Shown: positions 8,947 to 15,754 of the stretch, piece after piece
Layout: every line of letters begins with the position of its first letter
How positions within the stretch are numbered: position 1 is the stretch's first letter
Virus record (IMG/VR): IMGVR_UViG_3300011399_000001
Location: 1-64,000 of that record
Reading direction: 5' to 3' (one strand)
Origin: a virus
Taxonomy: Duplodnaviria > Heunggongvirae > Uroviricota > Caudoviricetes
Length of the DNA: 64,000 nucleotides
The notes under the pieces: model-generated
The model's input: only the letters and a program-made list of their open reading frames with translations
Databases searched by the model: none
Told to the model about the DNA's origin: nothing
Made by a program: the position numbers and the translations under genes

Positions 8947-9240
8947 TCATCTGTAATAAGTTTCGTTACAATGATATTTATTAAGCAATATAAGCTTAAA
9001 TTCTATTCTGTCCTCTTTTATTAGAATTGTCCCTTTTGATTGTTTCCCCTCTACATACCATACAGAATATGGGCCTGAATATATTTCAAGGATGAATTTG
9101 TATTCTTCTGTCTCATACCCTCTCATCTTCCAATATACAATGTCATTAGTTTTAGACAATGTCCCAACAATATTCCCCTCTTTGTCATGTAATATGTATT
9201 GGTTAGTAAATAAGAAGAATAGAATTGTTAACAGTTTCAT
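8947..9240 (-). CDS. secreted protein (97 aa)
   Basis: Signal-like N-terminus MKLLTILFFLFTNQYIL. Confidence 0.4.
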   Translation of the reverse strand: MKLLTILFFLFTNQYILHDKEGNIVGTLSKTNDIVYWKMRGYETEEYKFILEIYSGPYSVWYVEGKQSKGTILIKEDRIEFKLILLNKYHCNETYYR

Positions 9241-9252
9241 AGCATTAATATT

Positions 9253-9741
9253 TTATGTTACCAAATCACCTGTCTTTACATTCCATTTAAGACCATGTTG
9301 AGGGCATTGTATTATACCATTAACAGCTTTACAACTTTTAAGAGAGGTTTTATGATGAGGACATATCATTCTCTTCATCTTAGCTTTTTTTATATCATTC
9401 TTCAAAGAACCAAATTCTGCTTCAAAAGGCTCAAAATGTCTAAAATACTCTCTTTCTTTATATTGTTCATCTACAACATCTTCTTTAATAATAGGAGCAA
9501 AATATTCACTATTTTTTCCCAAATGGAGATTATATAAGGAGAATACATCTCTTTGAGCTGTTATATATTCTTCTAATACAAATCTCCAATCTTGATGATA
9601 ATGTTCTTTATTTAGAGCATGTTTTGGGCTATCTTTGTGACTATTAGCAAATATAGGTCGCCATATTCCTTTCACTAATACACATTTAACCAAATAATAT
9701 TCTCCTATTTCAGGAGCTGTACATTGTTCAATATATTGCAT
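9253..9741 (-). CDS. protein with a C-terminal Rieske-type [2Fe-2S] motif (162 aa)
   Basis: ICPHH followed 17 aa later by CPQHG, which fits the Rieske CXH-X(15-17)-CXXH pattern. Confidence 0.5.
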   Translation of the reverse strand: MQYIEQCTAPEIGEYYLVKCVLVKGIWRPIFANSHKDSPKHALNKEHYHQDWRFVLEEYITAQRDVFSLYNLHLGKNSEYFAPIIKEDVVDEQYKEREYFRHFEPFEAEFGSLKNDIKKAKMKRMICPHHKTSLKSCKAVNGIIQCPQHGLKWNVKTGDLVT

Positions 9742-10110
9742 ATATTCTTAATATTTAAAGAAATAACACAAGGTTGCACCTTGAAGATAATAATAAAAAC
9801 ATCTATATAGAACCCCAGGTCGTTAAACCGGACATATTTATCAGACACAATAACGGATGTCTGTCCTCTATATATACCTGCAAATTGGATGTTATTGAAA
9901 TAGTTATTTTGTAAAGGCTTAATCAGTTTAATAATAATGTGGAATACATGTGGTGACATATATTAGGACATTATCCCCTGATTGAGCCTGATTTTAATGA
10001 TTTAATAAGATTATGGATATTTCTTTATCACCTATTACCCACATCAATTCAAATATAACAACTATAAATGGCGTATGCTATACCCTTTTATCGGCTACAG
10101 ATTAATCTTA

Positions 10111-10380
10111 TTAATTTTTAGCAATATGCTTCTTCAACCATTTGATTCTAGGCTTAATATCCCCTCTTCTCCAATAATACCTATTTTTCATATGAATTAG
10201 AGCATCAAAGCTTGAAATAGGAGAAGGTCTATTGTCTTTGATATAATTAATTAATATTATTTCTTCAATTATATTAATTGATCCATTCCATAATAATTGA
10301 TAAGTCCAGCTACATAAGCCTGTTCTGAATAAATTTTCATTATCAATCATTAGCTGTAATAGTTCTTTTATTGTTCTCAT
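10111..10380 (-). CDS. hypothetical protein (89 aa)
   Basis: ORF track. Confidence 0.4.
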   Translation of the reverse strand: MRTIKELLQLMIDNENLFRTGLCSWTYQLLWNGSINIIEEIILINYIKDNRPSPISSFDALIHMKNRYYWRRGDIKPRIKWLKKHIAKN

Positions 10381-10387
10381 ATCATGT

Positions 10388-10567
10388 TTAATTAATTAAT
10401 AGGAACTTTTCTGTTACAATTTCATAATCTATTCCTGTTTCTGTAGAATAGAAGAAATATATAACTTGATTTAAAACAACCAAATATCCGTAAATACCAT
10501 CAATTTCAATATATCTGGGATCATTTATAATATATTGATAACCTGAGTTTTTATGTTGTATAACCAT
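10388..10567 (-). CDS. hypothetical small protein (59 aa; below the track cutoff)
   Basis: My own translation gives MVIQHKNSGYQYIINDPRYIEIDGIYGYLVVLNQVIYFFYSTETGIDYEIVTEKFLLIN; it fills an intergenic gap. Confidence 0.3.
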   Translation of the reverse strand: MVIQHKNSGYQYIINDPRYIEIDGIYGYLVVLNQVIYFFYSTETGIDYEIVTEKFLLIN

Positions 10568-10579
10568 ATTATATGAGAT

Positions 10580-10726
10580 TTAAACTCTCCTAGCCATATT
10601 AAATGCTGATACAACACCTGTCACTTTAAACTCCTCTTTAACAGGCTTTTTGCCTCGTTTAACAGGTATTGGTGGGCCAAAGTTAGCCTTCCCAAACTTC
10701 TGAATTAGTTTTGTTCTATTATCCAT
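10580..10726 (-). CDS. hypothetical small basic protein (48 aa; below the track cutoff)
   Basis: My own translation gives MDNRTKLIQKFGKANFGPPIPVKRGKKPVKEEFKVTGVVSAFNMARRV. Confidence 0.3.
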   Translation of the reverse strand: MDNRTKLIQKFGKANFGPPIPVKRGKKPVKEEFKVTGVVSAFNMARRV

Positions 10727-10731
10727 AATGA

Positions 10732-11082
10732 TTAGATTAAGAGTTTACATACATAAGCCTCAACATAGCCTGTTGATACTCTCCTCACTAATGGCTCAAT
10801 TACACCAGCTTTTAACAAAGCTTGATATATTCCCTCATTTTCAGACCAATTCTTAATGAATACATGTCCTTCTTCTATTGACTCATCGGGCAAATTAACT
10901 GTAGCTGTAGCAATAGGTTGATAATCTTGCAAATCATACAATTGAAGAGCTATTCGCCCTTTTGTAGCATAATTGGTCTTTTTAATACCATAGCTCCATT
11001 GCTTAAATTGAATAATATTAGTCTTTGTCATAAGAAATGCATTTAATGCTATAAATTCAACAAAAAGATTAAAATAAACCAA
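10732..11082 (-). CDS. hypothetical protein (116 aa)
   Basis: ORF track. Confidence 0.45.
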   Translation of the reverse strand: MVYFNLFVEFIALNAFLMTKTNIIQFKQWSYGIKKTNYATKGRIALQLYDLQDYQPIATATVNLPDESIEEGHVFIKNWSENEGIYQALLKAGVIEPLVRRVSTGYVEAYVCKLLI

Positions 11083-11282
11083 CTATCCAAATACTCCTAT
11101 TAGAAGGTAATATTTATCATTTGAGGTATTGTCCTTACTGAAGGGAACAATATAATCTCAAACTATGGAAATATACACTATATTTGTGCATACTTGTCAC
11201 TGGAGTCAGTGTTGTAAAGGAGCCATTACTATCACTATTTCCAACTATTCATTGGTGTAATATATAATGGCTCCACATTGTC

Positions 11283-11528
11283 TTATCCTGTTAATACTTC
11301 TAATTTGATAGTGTTTAAGTAAAATCCCTTATACAGACATTCTTCTGCTGTATTAGAGGGAATTGTACCCTCGAACTCCTCTCTTGTAATAGTAGGCTGT
11401 TTACGCATAATATCTACCACTTGAGAATTTTTCTCAATTGATGCTATTTTAGGCTGCTGTCCAGCCATATGCATAAATATATCTTTATCAGATATAAATG
11501 CTCTTAATGAATCCATTTTATAATACAT
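11283..11528 (-). CDS. hypothetical protein (81 aa)
   Basis: ORF track. Confidence 0.4.
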   Translation of the reverse strand: MYYKMDSLRAFISDKDIFMHMAGQQPKIASIEKNSQVVDIMRKQPTITREEFEGTIPSNTAEECLYKGFYLNTIKLEVLTG

Positions 11529-11655
11529 AATTGTATATGTTTAATGTTAAAATATAAGCACAATCAATGGCTTTACGTACATATTCCCTCAAGAGAATTA
11601 AACTATTTCGCGGGTGGACGGAGTACGTTGCCCAATTTACTAATTCCAATACCTG

Positions 11656-11988
11656 TTATATAAGGCGATTGTGCTCATCTAGTTTAATTGTAATCTTATA
11701 ATTAACTACTCTTTCACCTTTTTTAGGTTTACGTTCTTTGATGTTATTTATTTCTTTATAATTAGGATATTTGACAACGTAATGCATAAATTGCATATAA
11801 GCATCTTTAAAAGTATTAAATCTTCCAAATTCGTCCAATTTATGAAAAATAACATGATCAGTATCTAATATTATACATTTATCAAATACATAAACAATGT
11901 AATTATCGAACATAGGATATAGTATAGTTTTCATAGTTTTTATTGGATATAATGCTATAAATGTACATTGTTCTTGACAAAATGTCAA
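11656..11988 (-). CDS. hypothetical protein (110 aa)
   Basis: ORF track. Confidence 0.45.
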   Translation of the reverse strand: MTFCQEQCTFIALYPIKTMKTILYPMFDNYIVYVFDKCIILDTDHVIFHKLDEFGRFNTFKDAYMQFMHYVVKYPNYKEINNIKERKPKKGERVVNYKITIKLDEHNRLI

Positions 11989-12439
11989 ACAAACTTGACA
12001 TATTAAAGGAATAAGAGGTGAATACTCCTCAATTTCAACGTTTATTCAATAAATATAAAGAGAACGGTTGGCAATTATACCTCTCATCCATTAAATAGAC
12101 ATAAATTGACAGTGTAAAATCACTCAATTCTTATTCCATACACCATTTCTCTCTAATTTATTGAATATATTATTGGTTGTTTAGTGTCTTAATGTAAGAT
12201 TTATGTGTTTTATGTCAAATTCTATTCAATGCCCCAAATACACAAACCTCATTTAGACAACAGAAACACACACTCTCTTCAAATAAACTTTTATTCTGTA
12301 TATAGGGAATATTTAATTAACACATACAATAACAATGTAATATTTATTGCTTATTTGTCATGTTATTCCCCACCCAAGAATCACGATTCCCACCCGCTAT
12401 ATATAATAGAGAAGCCCTATTAAAGAGCTTCTCTAATTA

Positions 12440-12538
12440 TTACATCACATTGTAGTGCAATTCCAATGTTCTGCTCACAATGAACAGTCCAATGAATAGC
12501 ACAATTGTGATTGTCCAGGCAATTGTGTTCTTTTTCAT
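12440..12538 (-). CDS. possible 32-aa hydrophobic peptide
   Basis: My own translation gives MKKNTIAWTITIVLFIGLFIVSRTLELHYNVM; single TM-like helix; very tentative. Confidence 0.2.
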   Translation of the reverse strand: MKKNTIAWTITIVLFIGLFIVSRTLELHYNVM

Positions 12539-12559
12539 ATGTTAGTGTATTTGGTGTAG

Positions 12560-12591
12560 AAACAAGAGGCTAACCCAATAGCCCCTTGTTT
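12560..12591. terminator. 11-bp hairpin (one mismatch) 8 nt beyond the stop of the 12599..12997 gene; the U-tract is better on the plus strand
   Basis: AAACAAGAGGC-loop-GCCCCTTGTTT followed on the plus strand by TAGCCTTTTTAT. Confidence 0.35.
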
Positions 12592-12598
12592 AGCCTTT

Positions 12599-12997
12599 TT
12601 ATACTGATGCTTTCTCCAGTTCAGCAATGCTTTCTGCTGTAAGACCAAGTGATTTAGCCTCTTTAACAACAGCTCCTTCAATCTCAAGGTCAAGGGTTCT
12701 CACTTCAACTCTTGCGTTAATGAGCTCTGCTTTTGTGGCAAACACTGAATTGGCTGTCAAACGATCAACCAACAATGGCTGACCATCCTTCATCACTGGC
12801 TTATTATCGGCATCCAATTGACCAATCTTCTTCACCTCACCAATGGCATAGAATGGCTTGAAGTCAGCATCACCATTCTTCCAACCCAATGAAGCCATTT
12901 GGTTAGCATGAATGTGTAGGCGCTCACCTAATGCGGTGTAACCAGTGAAATTCTTCTTTTCAGTGAATTTACCTGATGTAATTGCGTAATTTTTCAT
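12599..12997 (-). CDS. hypothetical protein (132 aa), probably abundantly expressed early protein
   Basis: Clean ORF next to the divergent control region; GC higher than neighbours; hairpins in both the 5' leader and the 3' flank. Confidence 0.5.
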   Translation of the reverse strand: MKNYAITSGKFTEKKNFTGYTALGERLHIHANQMASLGWKNGDADFKPFYAIGEVKKIGQLDADNKPVMKDGQPLLVDRLTANSVFATKAELINARVEVRTLDLEIEGAVVKEAKSLGLTAESIAELEKASV

Positions 12998-13146
12998 AAT
13001 AATACGTTTAATTTGTTTTTGTTTTTAAATTGATGTGGAGGTTATCCCCAACCTCCAATTTTTATGGGGGGATGCGAAGATGGAGTAACCTCTTCTCCCA
13101 TTAACATAGAAAATTCCCTATAAAATTTTGAAAATTTTTAATATTA

Positions 13147-13205
13147 GCTTTTAGTCTAATATTCCCCTATTATTAGGCTTTAGTCTAATACCCCTTATTT
13201 TAAAC
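13147..13205. repeat. two tandem imperfect direct repeats of about 29 bp (GCTTTTAGTCTAATATTCCCCTATTATTAG / GCTTTAGTCTAATACCCCTTATTTTAAAC) in the divergent control region
   Basis: Seen directly; located 40-110 nt upstream of the 13257 start. Confidence 0.45.
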
Positions 13206-13244
13206 ATTTTTACTAAAATATTAGGAATTCTAAATAATTCCCCC

Positions 13245-13252
13245 TATCTTTG
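13245..13252 (+). promoter_or_regulatory. TAnnTTTG (-7-like) element within the conserved TATCTTTGTATTATG motif; the start codon lies only 5 nt downstream (leaderless or near-leaderless)
   Basis: Matches the Bacteroidota sigma-A -7 consensus TAnnTTTG; the same extended motif recurs at 14371, 16094, 23671, 32127 and 46411. Confidence 0.4.
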
Positions 13253-13256
13253 TATT

Positions 13257-13454
13257 ATGAGTAAAATAGACCAACAGATGTCTCTTTACGAACATATTGA
13301 AATATTGGCTAATATTAAATGTTTCATGTGTGAGAAAGAGGAGGAGATTGTGACAGATTTACTTGATTCTTCAGATTCCTTGGATTATTTCTATAAGAAG
13401 GGATGGAGGGTAAAGAATGGAAATTGTATTTGTAATAAATGTTTATTAAAATGA
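13257..13454 (+). CDS. small zinc-ribbon protein (65 aa)
   Basis: CFMC ... CICNKC, two CxxC pairs; first plus-strand gene after the strand switch. Confidence 0.5.
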   Translation: MSKIDQQMSLYEHIEILANIKCFMCEKEEEIVTDLLDSSDSLDYFYKKGWRVKNGNCICNKCLLK

Positions 13455-13539
13455 ATTTACGCCCCTTACAGCATAGTTATTCGCTCCTAAATATTAGGAA
13501 GGGGAATGTTATGTCGTAATGTAAAAGCGTTTATGTTAT

Positions 13540-13572
13540 AGCCCCCTCTCTTAATTGATTGGGGGCTTTTTG
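13540..13572 (+). terminator. rho-independent terminator (7-bp GC stem AGCCCCC/GGGGGCT plus TTTTTG)
   Basis: Seen directly, 86 nt after the 13257..13454 stop, immediately before the first tRNA. Confidence 0.55.
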
Positions 13573-13579
13573 TTTATAT

Positions 13580-13654
13580 AGGGTATTGGAGGAGCTTGCA
13601 GTCCTCGCCTCCCTTGGACGGAGGAGAACATAGGTTGAAATCCTATATACCCTA
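13580..13654 (+). tRNA. tRNA-Pro(TGG)
   Basis: Manual cloverleaf: acceptor AGGGTAT/ATACCCT, D-stem GAGG/CCTC, anticodon stem CCTCC/GGAGG with loop CTTGGAC, T-loop TTGAAAT. Confidence 0.7.
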
Positions 13655-13656
13655 CT

Positions 13657-13727
13657 TTCAATATAGTATAAGGAATGTACGCAAGATTTTGAATCTTGAG
13701 GTTTGGGATTGTGACCCAATATTGAAA
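13657..13727 (+). tRNA. tRNA-Gln(TTG)
   Basis: Acceptor TTCAATA/TATTGAA, anticodon stem CAAGA/TCTTG with loop TTTTGAA; short D-stem. Confidence 0.6.
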
Positions 13728-13729
13728 CT

Positions 13730-13803
13730 GTGTTTGTAGCTTAGTGGCTTAAAGCCTTTGATTGTGGTTCAAAGTATCGTGGGTTCGAATCCCATCAAAC
13801 ACC
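13730..13803 (+). tRNA. tRNA-His(GTG)
   Basis: Acceptor GTGTTTG/CAAACAC, anticodon loop TTGTGGT, T-loop TTCGAAT. Confidence 0.65.
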
Positions 13804-13807
13804 TGTT

Positions 13808-13879
13808 CTTCTTATAGTTCAATGAATAGAACACCTCACTACGGATGAGGAAATTGAGGTTTGACCCCTTATAAGAAGA
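13808..13879 (+). tRNA. tRNA-Arg(ACG)
   Basis: Perfect acceptor CTTCTTA/TAAGAAG, D-stem GTTC/GAAC, anticodon stem CCTCA/TGAGG with loop CTACGGA. Confidence 0.65.
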
Positions 13880-13884
13880 CACAT

Positions 13885-13967
13885 GCACTTATGGTGGAAT
13901 GGTAGACACGCTTGCCTTAGGAGCAAGTGCCTGAAAGGGTGTATAGGTTCGAGTCCTATTAAGTGTA
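13885..13967 (+). tRNA. tRNA-Leu(TAG), class II
   Basis: Acceptor GCACTTA/TAAGTGT (one G-U), anticodon stem CTTGC/GCAAG with loop CTTAGGA, long variable arm, T-loop TTCGAGT. Confidence 0.7.
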
Positions 13968-13972
13968 CATAT

Positions 13973-14057
13973 GCAGGTATGGCGAAATTGGTAGACGCAT
14001 CAGACTTAAAATCTGACGGGCATTATGCTCATAGAGGTTCGACTCCTCTTACCTGCA
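13973..14057 (+). tRNA. tRNA-Leu(TAA), class II
   Basis: Perfect acceptor GCAGGTA/TACCTGC, anticodon stem TCAGA/TCTGA with loop CTTAAAA, long variable arm, T-loop TTCGACT. Confidence 0.7.
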
Positions 14058-14062
14058 CATAA

Positions 14063-14149
14063 GGAGGGTTGGCTGGAGATGGATTATCGCACTAGTCTTG
14101 AAAACTAGAGGACAGAAATGTTCCGTGAGTTCGAATCTCACACCCTCTT
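14063..14149 (+). tRNA. tRNA-Ser(TGA), class II
   Basis: Acceptor GGAGGGT/ACCCTCT, anticodon stem CTAGT/ACTAG with loop CTTGAAA, long variable arm, T-arm GTGAG-TTCGAAT-CTCAC. Confidence 0.65.
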
Positions 14150-14152
14150 CAC

Positions 14153-14237
14153 AGAGAGCTGGCAGAGTGGTTTATTGCATTTGGTTGCTAACTAAAAGGG
14201 CTTAACAGCTCCAGGGGTTCGAACCCCTTGCTCTCTT
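14153..14237 (+). tRNA. tRNA-Ser(GCT), class II
   Basis: Perfect acceptor AGAGAGC/GCTCTCT, anticodon stem TTTGG/CTAAA with loop TTGCTAA, long variable arm, T-loop TTCGAAC. Confidence 0.65.
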
Positions 14238-14243
14238 CATTTT

Positions 14244-14326
14244 GGTATGGATGGTAAATTGGCTAAATCAGCAGACTGTAAATCTGTCGCCATTAGGCTA
14301 TGTAGGTTCGATTCCTACCCATACCA
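14244..14326 (+). tRNA. tRNA-Tyr(GTA), class II
   Basis: Perfect acceptor GGTATGG/CCATACC, anticodon loop CTGTAAA, long variable arm, T-arm GTAGG-TTCGATT-CCTAC. Confidence 0.7.
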
Positions 14327-14370
14327 CGAAAATAAATCATTTAAAATTTGGAATATTCGAATATATTCCC

Positions 14371-14378
14371 TACTTTTG
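14371..14378 (+). promoter_or_regulatory. TAnnTTTG element (TACTTTTGTATTATG) inside the tRNA array, directly before a 25-codon mini-ORF
   Basis: Near-identical to the motif at 13245-13259 (CCCTAYYTTTGTATTATGA). Confidence 0.4.
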
Positions 14379-14382
14379 TATT

Positions 14383-14460
14383 ATGAAACTGAAAAACGAT
14401 GATATTATAATGGCTAAAGAAGAGGATGAGGAGCTTACACTCCTGTCGTCTAGAAGTTAG
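14383..14460 (+). CDS. mini-ORF of 25 aa (MKLKNDDIIMAKEEDEELTLLSSRS)
   Basis: ATG 5 nt after the conserved promoter motif; it is the only part of track ORF 14242..14460 that does not overlap tRNA-Tyr; coding status uncertain. Confidence 0.25.
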   Translation: MKLKNDDIIMAKEEDEELTLLSSRS

Positions 14461-14641
14461 GACATTACACTTTCAATGTAAAAAAGAGGGAGCATTACCC
14501 TTCAGGAGTACACAAAAATAGAATCATGAAAAGGAATTGGTTTAATATTATGTTCACCTCATTTACTACAAGAGATTGTGGTAAGGCGGGAATATATTGT
14601 TGGAGCCAATAACTAATAAAGTTATAATCAAATTGATTAAG

Positions 14642-14667
14642 GGCTCCATAACAATGGGGCCTTTTTT
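14642..14667 (+). terminator. rho-independent terminator (GGCTCCAT-AACA-ATGGGGCC plus TTTTTT)
   Basis: Seen directly; closes the small transcription unit embedded in the tRNA array. Confidence 0.55.
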
Positions 14668-14673
14668 ATTTAT

Positions 14674-14746
14674 GGGGCATTGGTGAAGATGGCTATCACA
14701 CCTGATTTGCATTCAGGAGTCATGGGTTCGAAGCCCATAAGTTTCC
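14674..14746 (+). tRNA. tRNA-Ala(TGC)-like element whose acceptor stem does not pair (possible pseudo-tRNA)
   Basis: Canonical D-arm GTGA/TCAC, anticodon stem CCTGA/TCAGG with loop TTTGCAT and T-arm ATGGG-TTCGAAG-CCCAT. The 5' GGGGCAT has no complementary 3' strand; the 3' side reads AAGTTTC. Confidence 0.35.
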
Positions 14747-14752
14747 ACATAA

Positions 14753-14824
14753 CGAGGGTGTAGTGTAATGGCTGCATATCACACTGTCACTGTGAAGGTA
14801 GGAGTTCGAACCTCCCATTCTCGG
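14753..14824 (+). tRNA. tRNA-Asp(GTC)
   Basis: Acceptor CGAGGGT/ATTCTCG (two G-U), anticodon stem TCACA/TGTGA with loop CTGTCAC, T-loop TTCGAAC; D-arm slightly irregular. Confidence 0.5.
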
Positions 14825-14829
14825 CATAA

Positions 14830-14900
14830 GGGTTGTTAGCCTAGTGGTCAGGCAGTAGACTGTTAATCTACCTACGGGTGTTCAATTCACTCACTTCCCT
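14830..14900 (+). tRNA. tRNA-Asn(GTT)
   Basis: D-arm GCCT-AGTGGTC-AGGC, anticodon stem GTAGA/TCTAC with loop CTGTTAA, T-loop TTCAATT; acceptor GGGTTGT/ACTTCCC has two U-U mismatches. Confidence 0.5.
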
Positions 14901-14905
14901 CACAC

Positions 14906-14978
14906 ACGTATATAACTCAATTGGTAGAGTAATAGTCTCCAAAACTGTAAGCTGGTGGTTCGACTCCATTTATACGTG
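14906..14978 (+). tRNA. tRNA-Trp(CCA)
   Basis: Perfect acceptor ACGTATA/TATACGT, anticodon loop CTCCAAA, T-loop TTCGACT. Confidence 0.65.
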
Positions 14979-14983
14979 CATAC

Positions 14984-15055
14984 TCCCTTGTGGCTCAATG
15001 GTACAGCAGCAGTTTTGTAAACTGCCATTTGTAAGTTCGAATCTTACCTGGGGAT
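14984..15055 (+). tRNA. tRNA-Thr(TGT)
   Basis: Anticodon stem GCAGT/ACTGC with loop TTTGTAA, T-arm GTAAG-TTCGAAT-CTTAC; acceptor TCCCTTG/CTGGGGA has one mismatch. Confidence 0.6.
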
Positions 15056-15063
15056 CATAGAAT

Positions 15064-15137
15064 TTCTCTGTAGCTCAATTGAATAGAGCGACAGCCTTCT
15101 AAGCTGTAGGTTGGAGGTTTGAACCCTCCCAGGGAAG
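15064..15137 (+). tRNA. tRNA-Arg(TCT)
   Basis: Acceptor TTCTCTG/CAGGGAA (one G-U), D-arm GCTC..GAGC, anticodon stem ACAGC/GCTGT with loop CTTCTAA, T-arm GGAGG-TTTGAAC-CCTCC. Confidence 0.65.
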
Positions 15138-15257
15138 CTTAAATAATAAAAATGGAAACAGATAAGCGACAGAGGCACATGCCTCTAAAGCATTAAGGTG
15201 ATGCTCTAGACTTTTAATCTAGAGAAGATGGGTCAGTACCATCTAGGGGTACTTTAT

Positions 15258-15329
15258 AGTAGGATAGCTCAATGGTGGAGCGCCACACTGATAATGTGGA
15301 GGTTATAGGTTCAACTCCTGTTCTTACTA
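15258..15329 (+). tRNA. tRNA-Ile(GAT)
   Basis: Acceptor AGTAGGA/TCTTACT, D-arm GCTC-AATGGTG-GAGC, anticodon stem CCACA/TGTGG with loop CTGATAA, T-loop TTCAACT. Confidence 0.7.
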
Positions 15330-15337
15330 CTTTATAT

Positions 15338-15408
15338 TGCGGGATAGATTAATGGTAGATCAAGGGGCTCATATCCCCTGCGTGGGGGTTCAACTCCCCC
15401 TCCCGCCA
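15338..15408 (+). tRNA. tRNA-Met(CAT) with initiator-like features
   Basis: Anticodon loop CTCATAT on an AGGGG/CCCCT stem (three consecutive G-C pairs); 1-72 position mismatched (T versus C); T-arm GGGGG-TTCAACT-CCCCC. Confidence 0.6.
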
Positions 15409-15412
15409 CTAT

Positions 15413-15485
15413 GGACTCTAAGCTAACCTAGTGAAAGCGCTGGACTGAAAATCCAGGGAGTTTGGAGCGTAACCAAAAGGGTCCA
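15413..15485 (+). tRNA. tRNA-Phe(GAA), atypical D- and T-loops
   Basis: Acceptor GGACTCT/AGGGTCC, anticodon stem CTGGA/TCCAG with loop CTGAAAA; D-loop lacks GG and T-loop is AGCGTAA. Confidence 0.45.
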
Positions 15486-15490
15486 CATAT

Positions 15491-15564
15491 GTATTAGTAG
15501 CTCCTAATGCCAGAGCGTCTGACTTCCAATCAGAAGGCTGTGGGTTCAAGTCCCACCTAGTACA
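15491..15564 (+). tRNA. tRNA-Gly(TCC)
   Basis: Acceptor GTATTAG/CTAGTAC, D-stem GCTC/GAGC, anticodon stem TCTGA/TCAGA with loop CTTCCAA, T-arm GTGGG-TTCAAGT-CCCAC. Confidence 0.65.
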
Positions 15565-15754
15565 CAATTTTTTCCTCCTCATTATCAGGCGGTTAGCCTG
15601 TATTTTCCTCTTTCCCTATTATTTTCATTAAAAATGTTGTACCTTTGCAGGGTGGTTGGGTGGGGTATGTATAACAGCTCCCGATATAGAAAAAAAGAAC
15701 GGGACAGAAAGAATGTATTAATTAGGGGATAGTGTGTCTAATAATGTAATATAA

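Noticed and set aside
13531-13719. Track ORF (62 aa, minus strand) overlapping tRNA-Pro and tRNA-Gln
   Set aside because: It lies antisense across well-folded tRNA genes and a terminator, so it is a chance ORF.
14878-15060. Track ORF (60 aa, plus strand) inside the tRNA array
   Set aside because: It is fully covered by tRNA-Asn/Trp/Thr genes; a similar ORF at 14242..14460 is only plausible for its last 25 codons.
15600-15754. G-rich stretch GGGTGGTTGGGTGGGGTATG between tRNA-Gly and the Cys-like tRNA considered as a G-quadruplex or regulatory site
   Set aside because: It is a single short G-run cluster with no flanking conserved motif, which is insufficient support. An adjacent TACCTTTG box could be a weak promoter, but spacing to any gene is poor.
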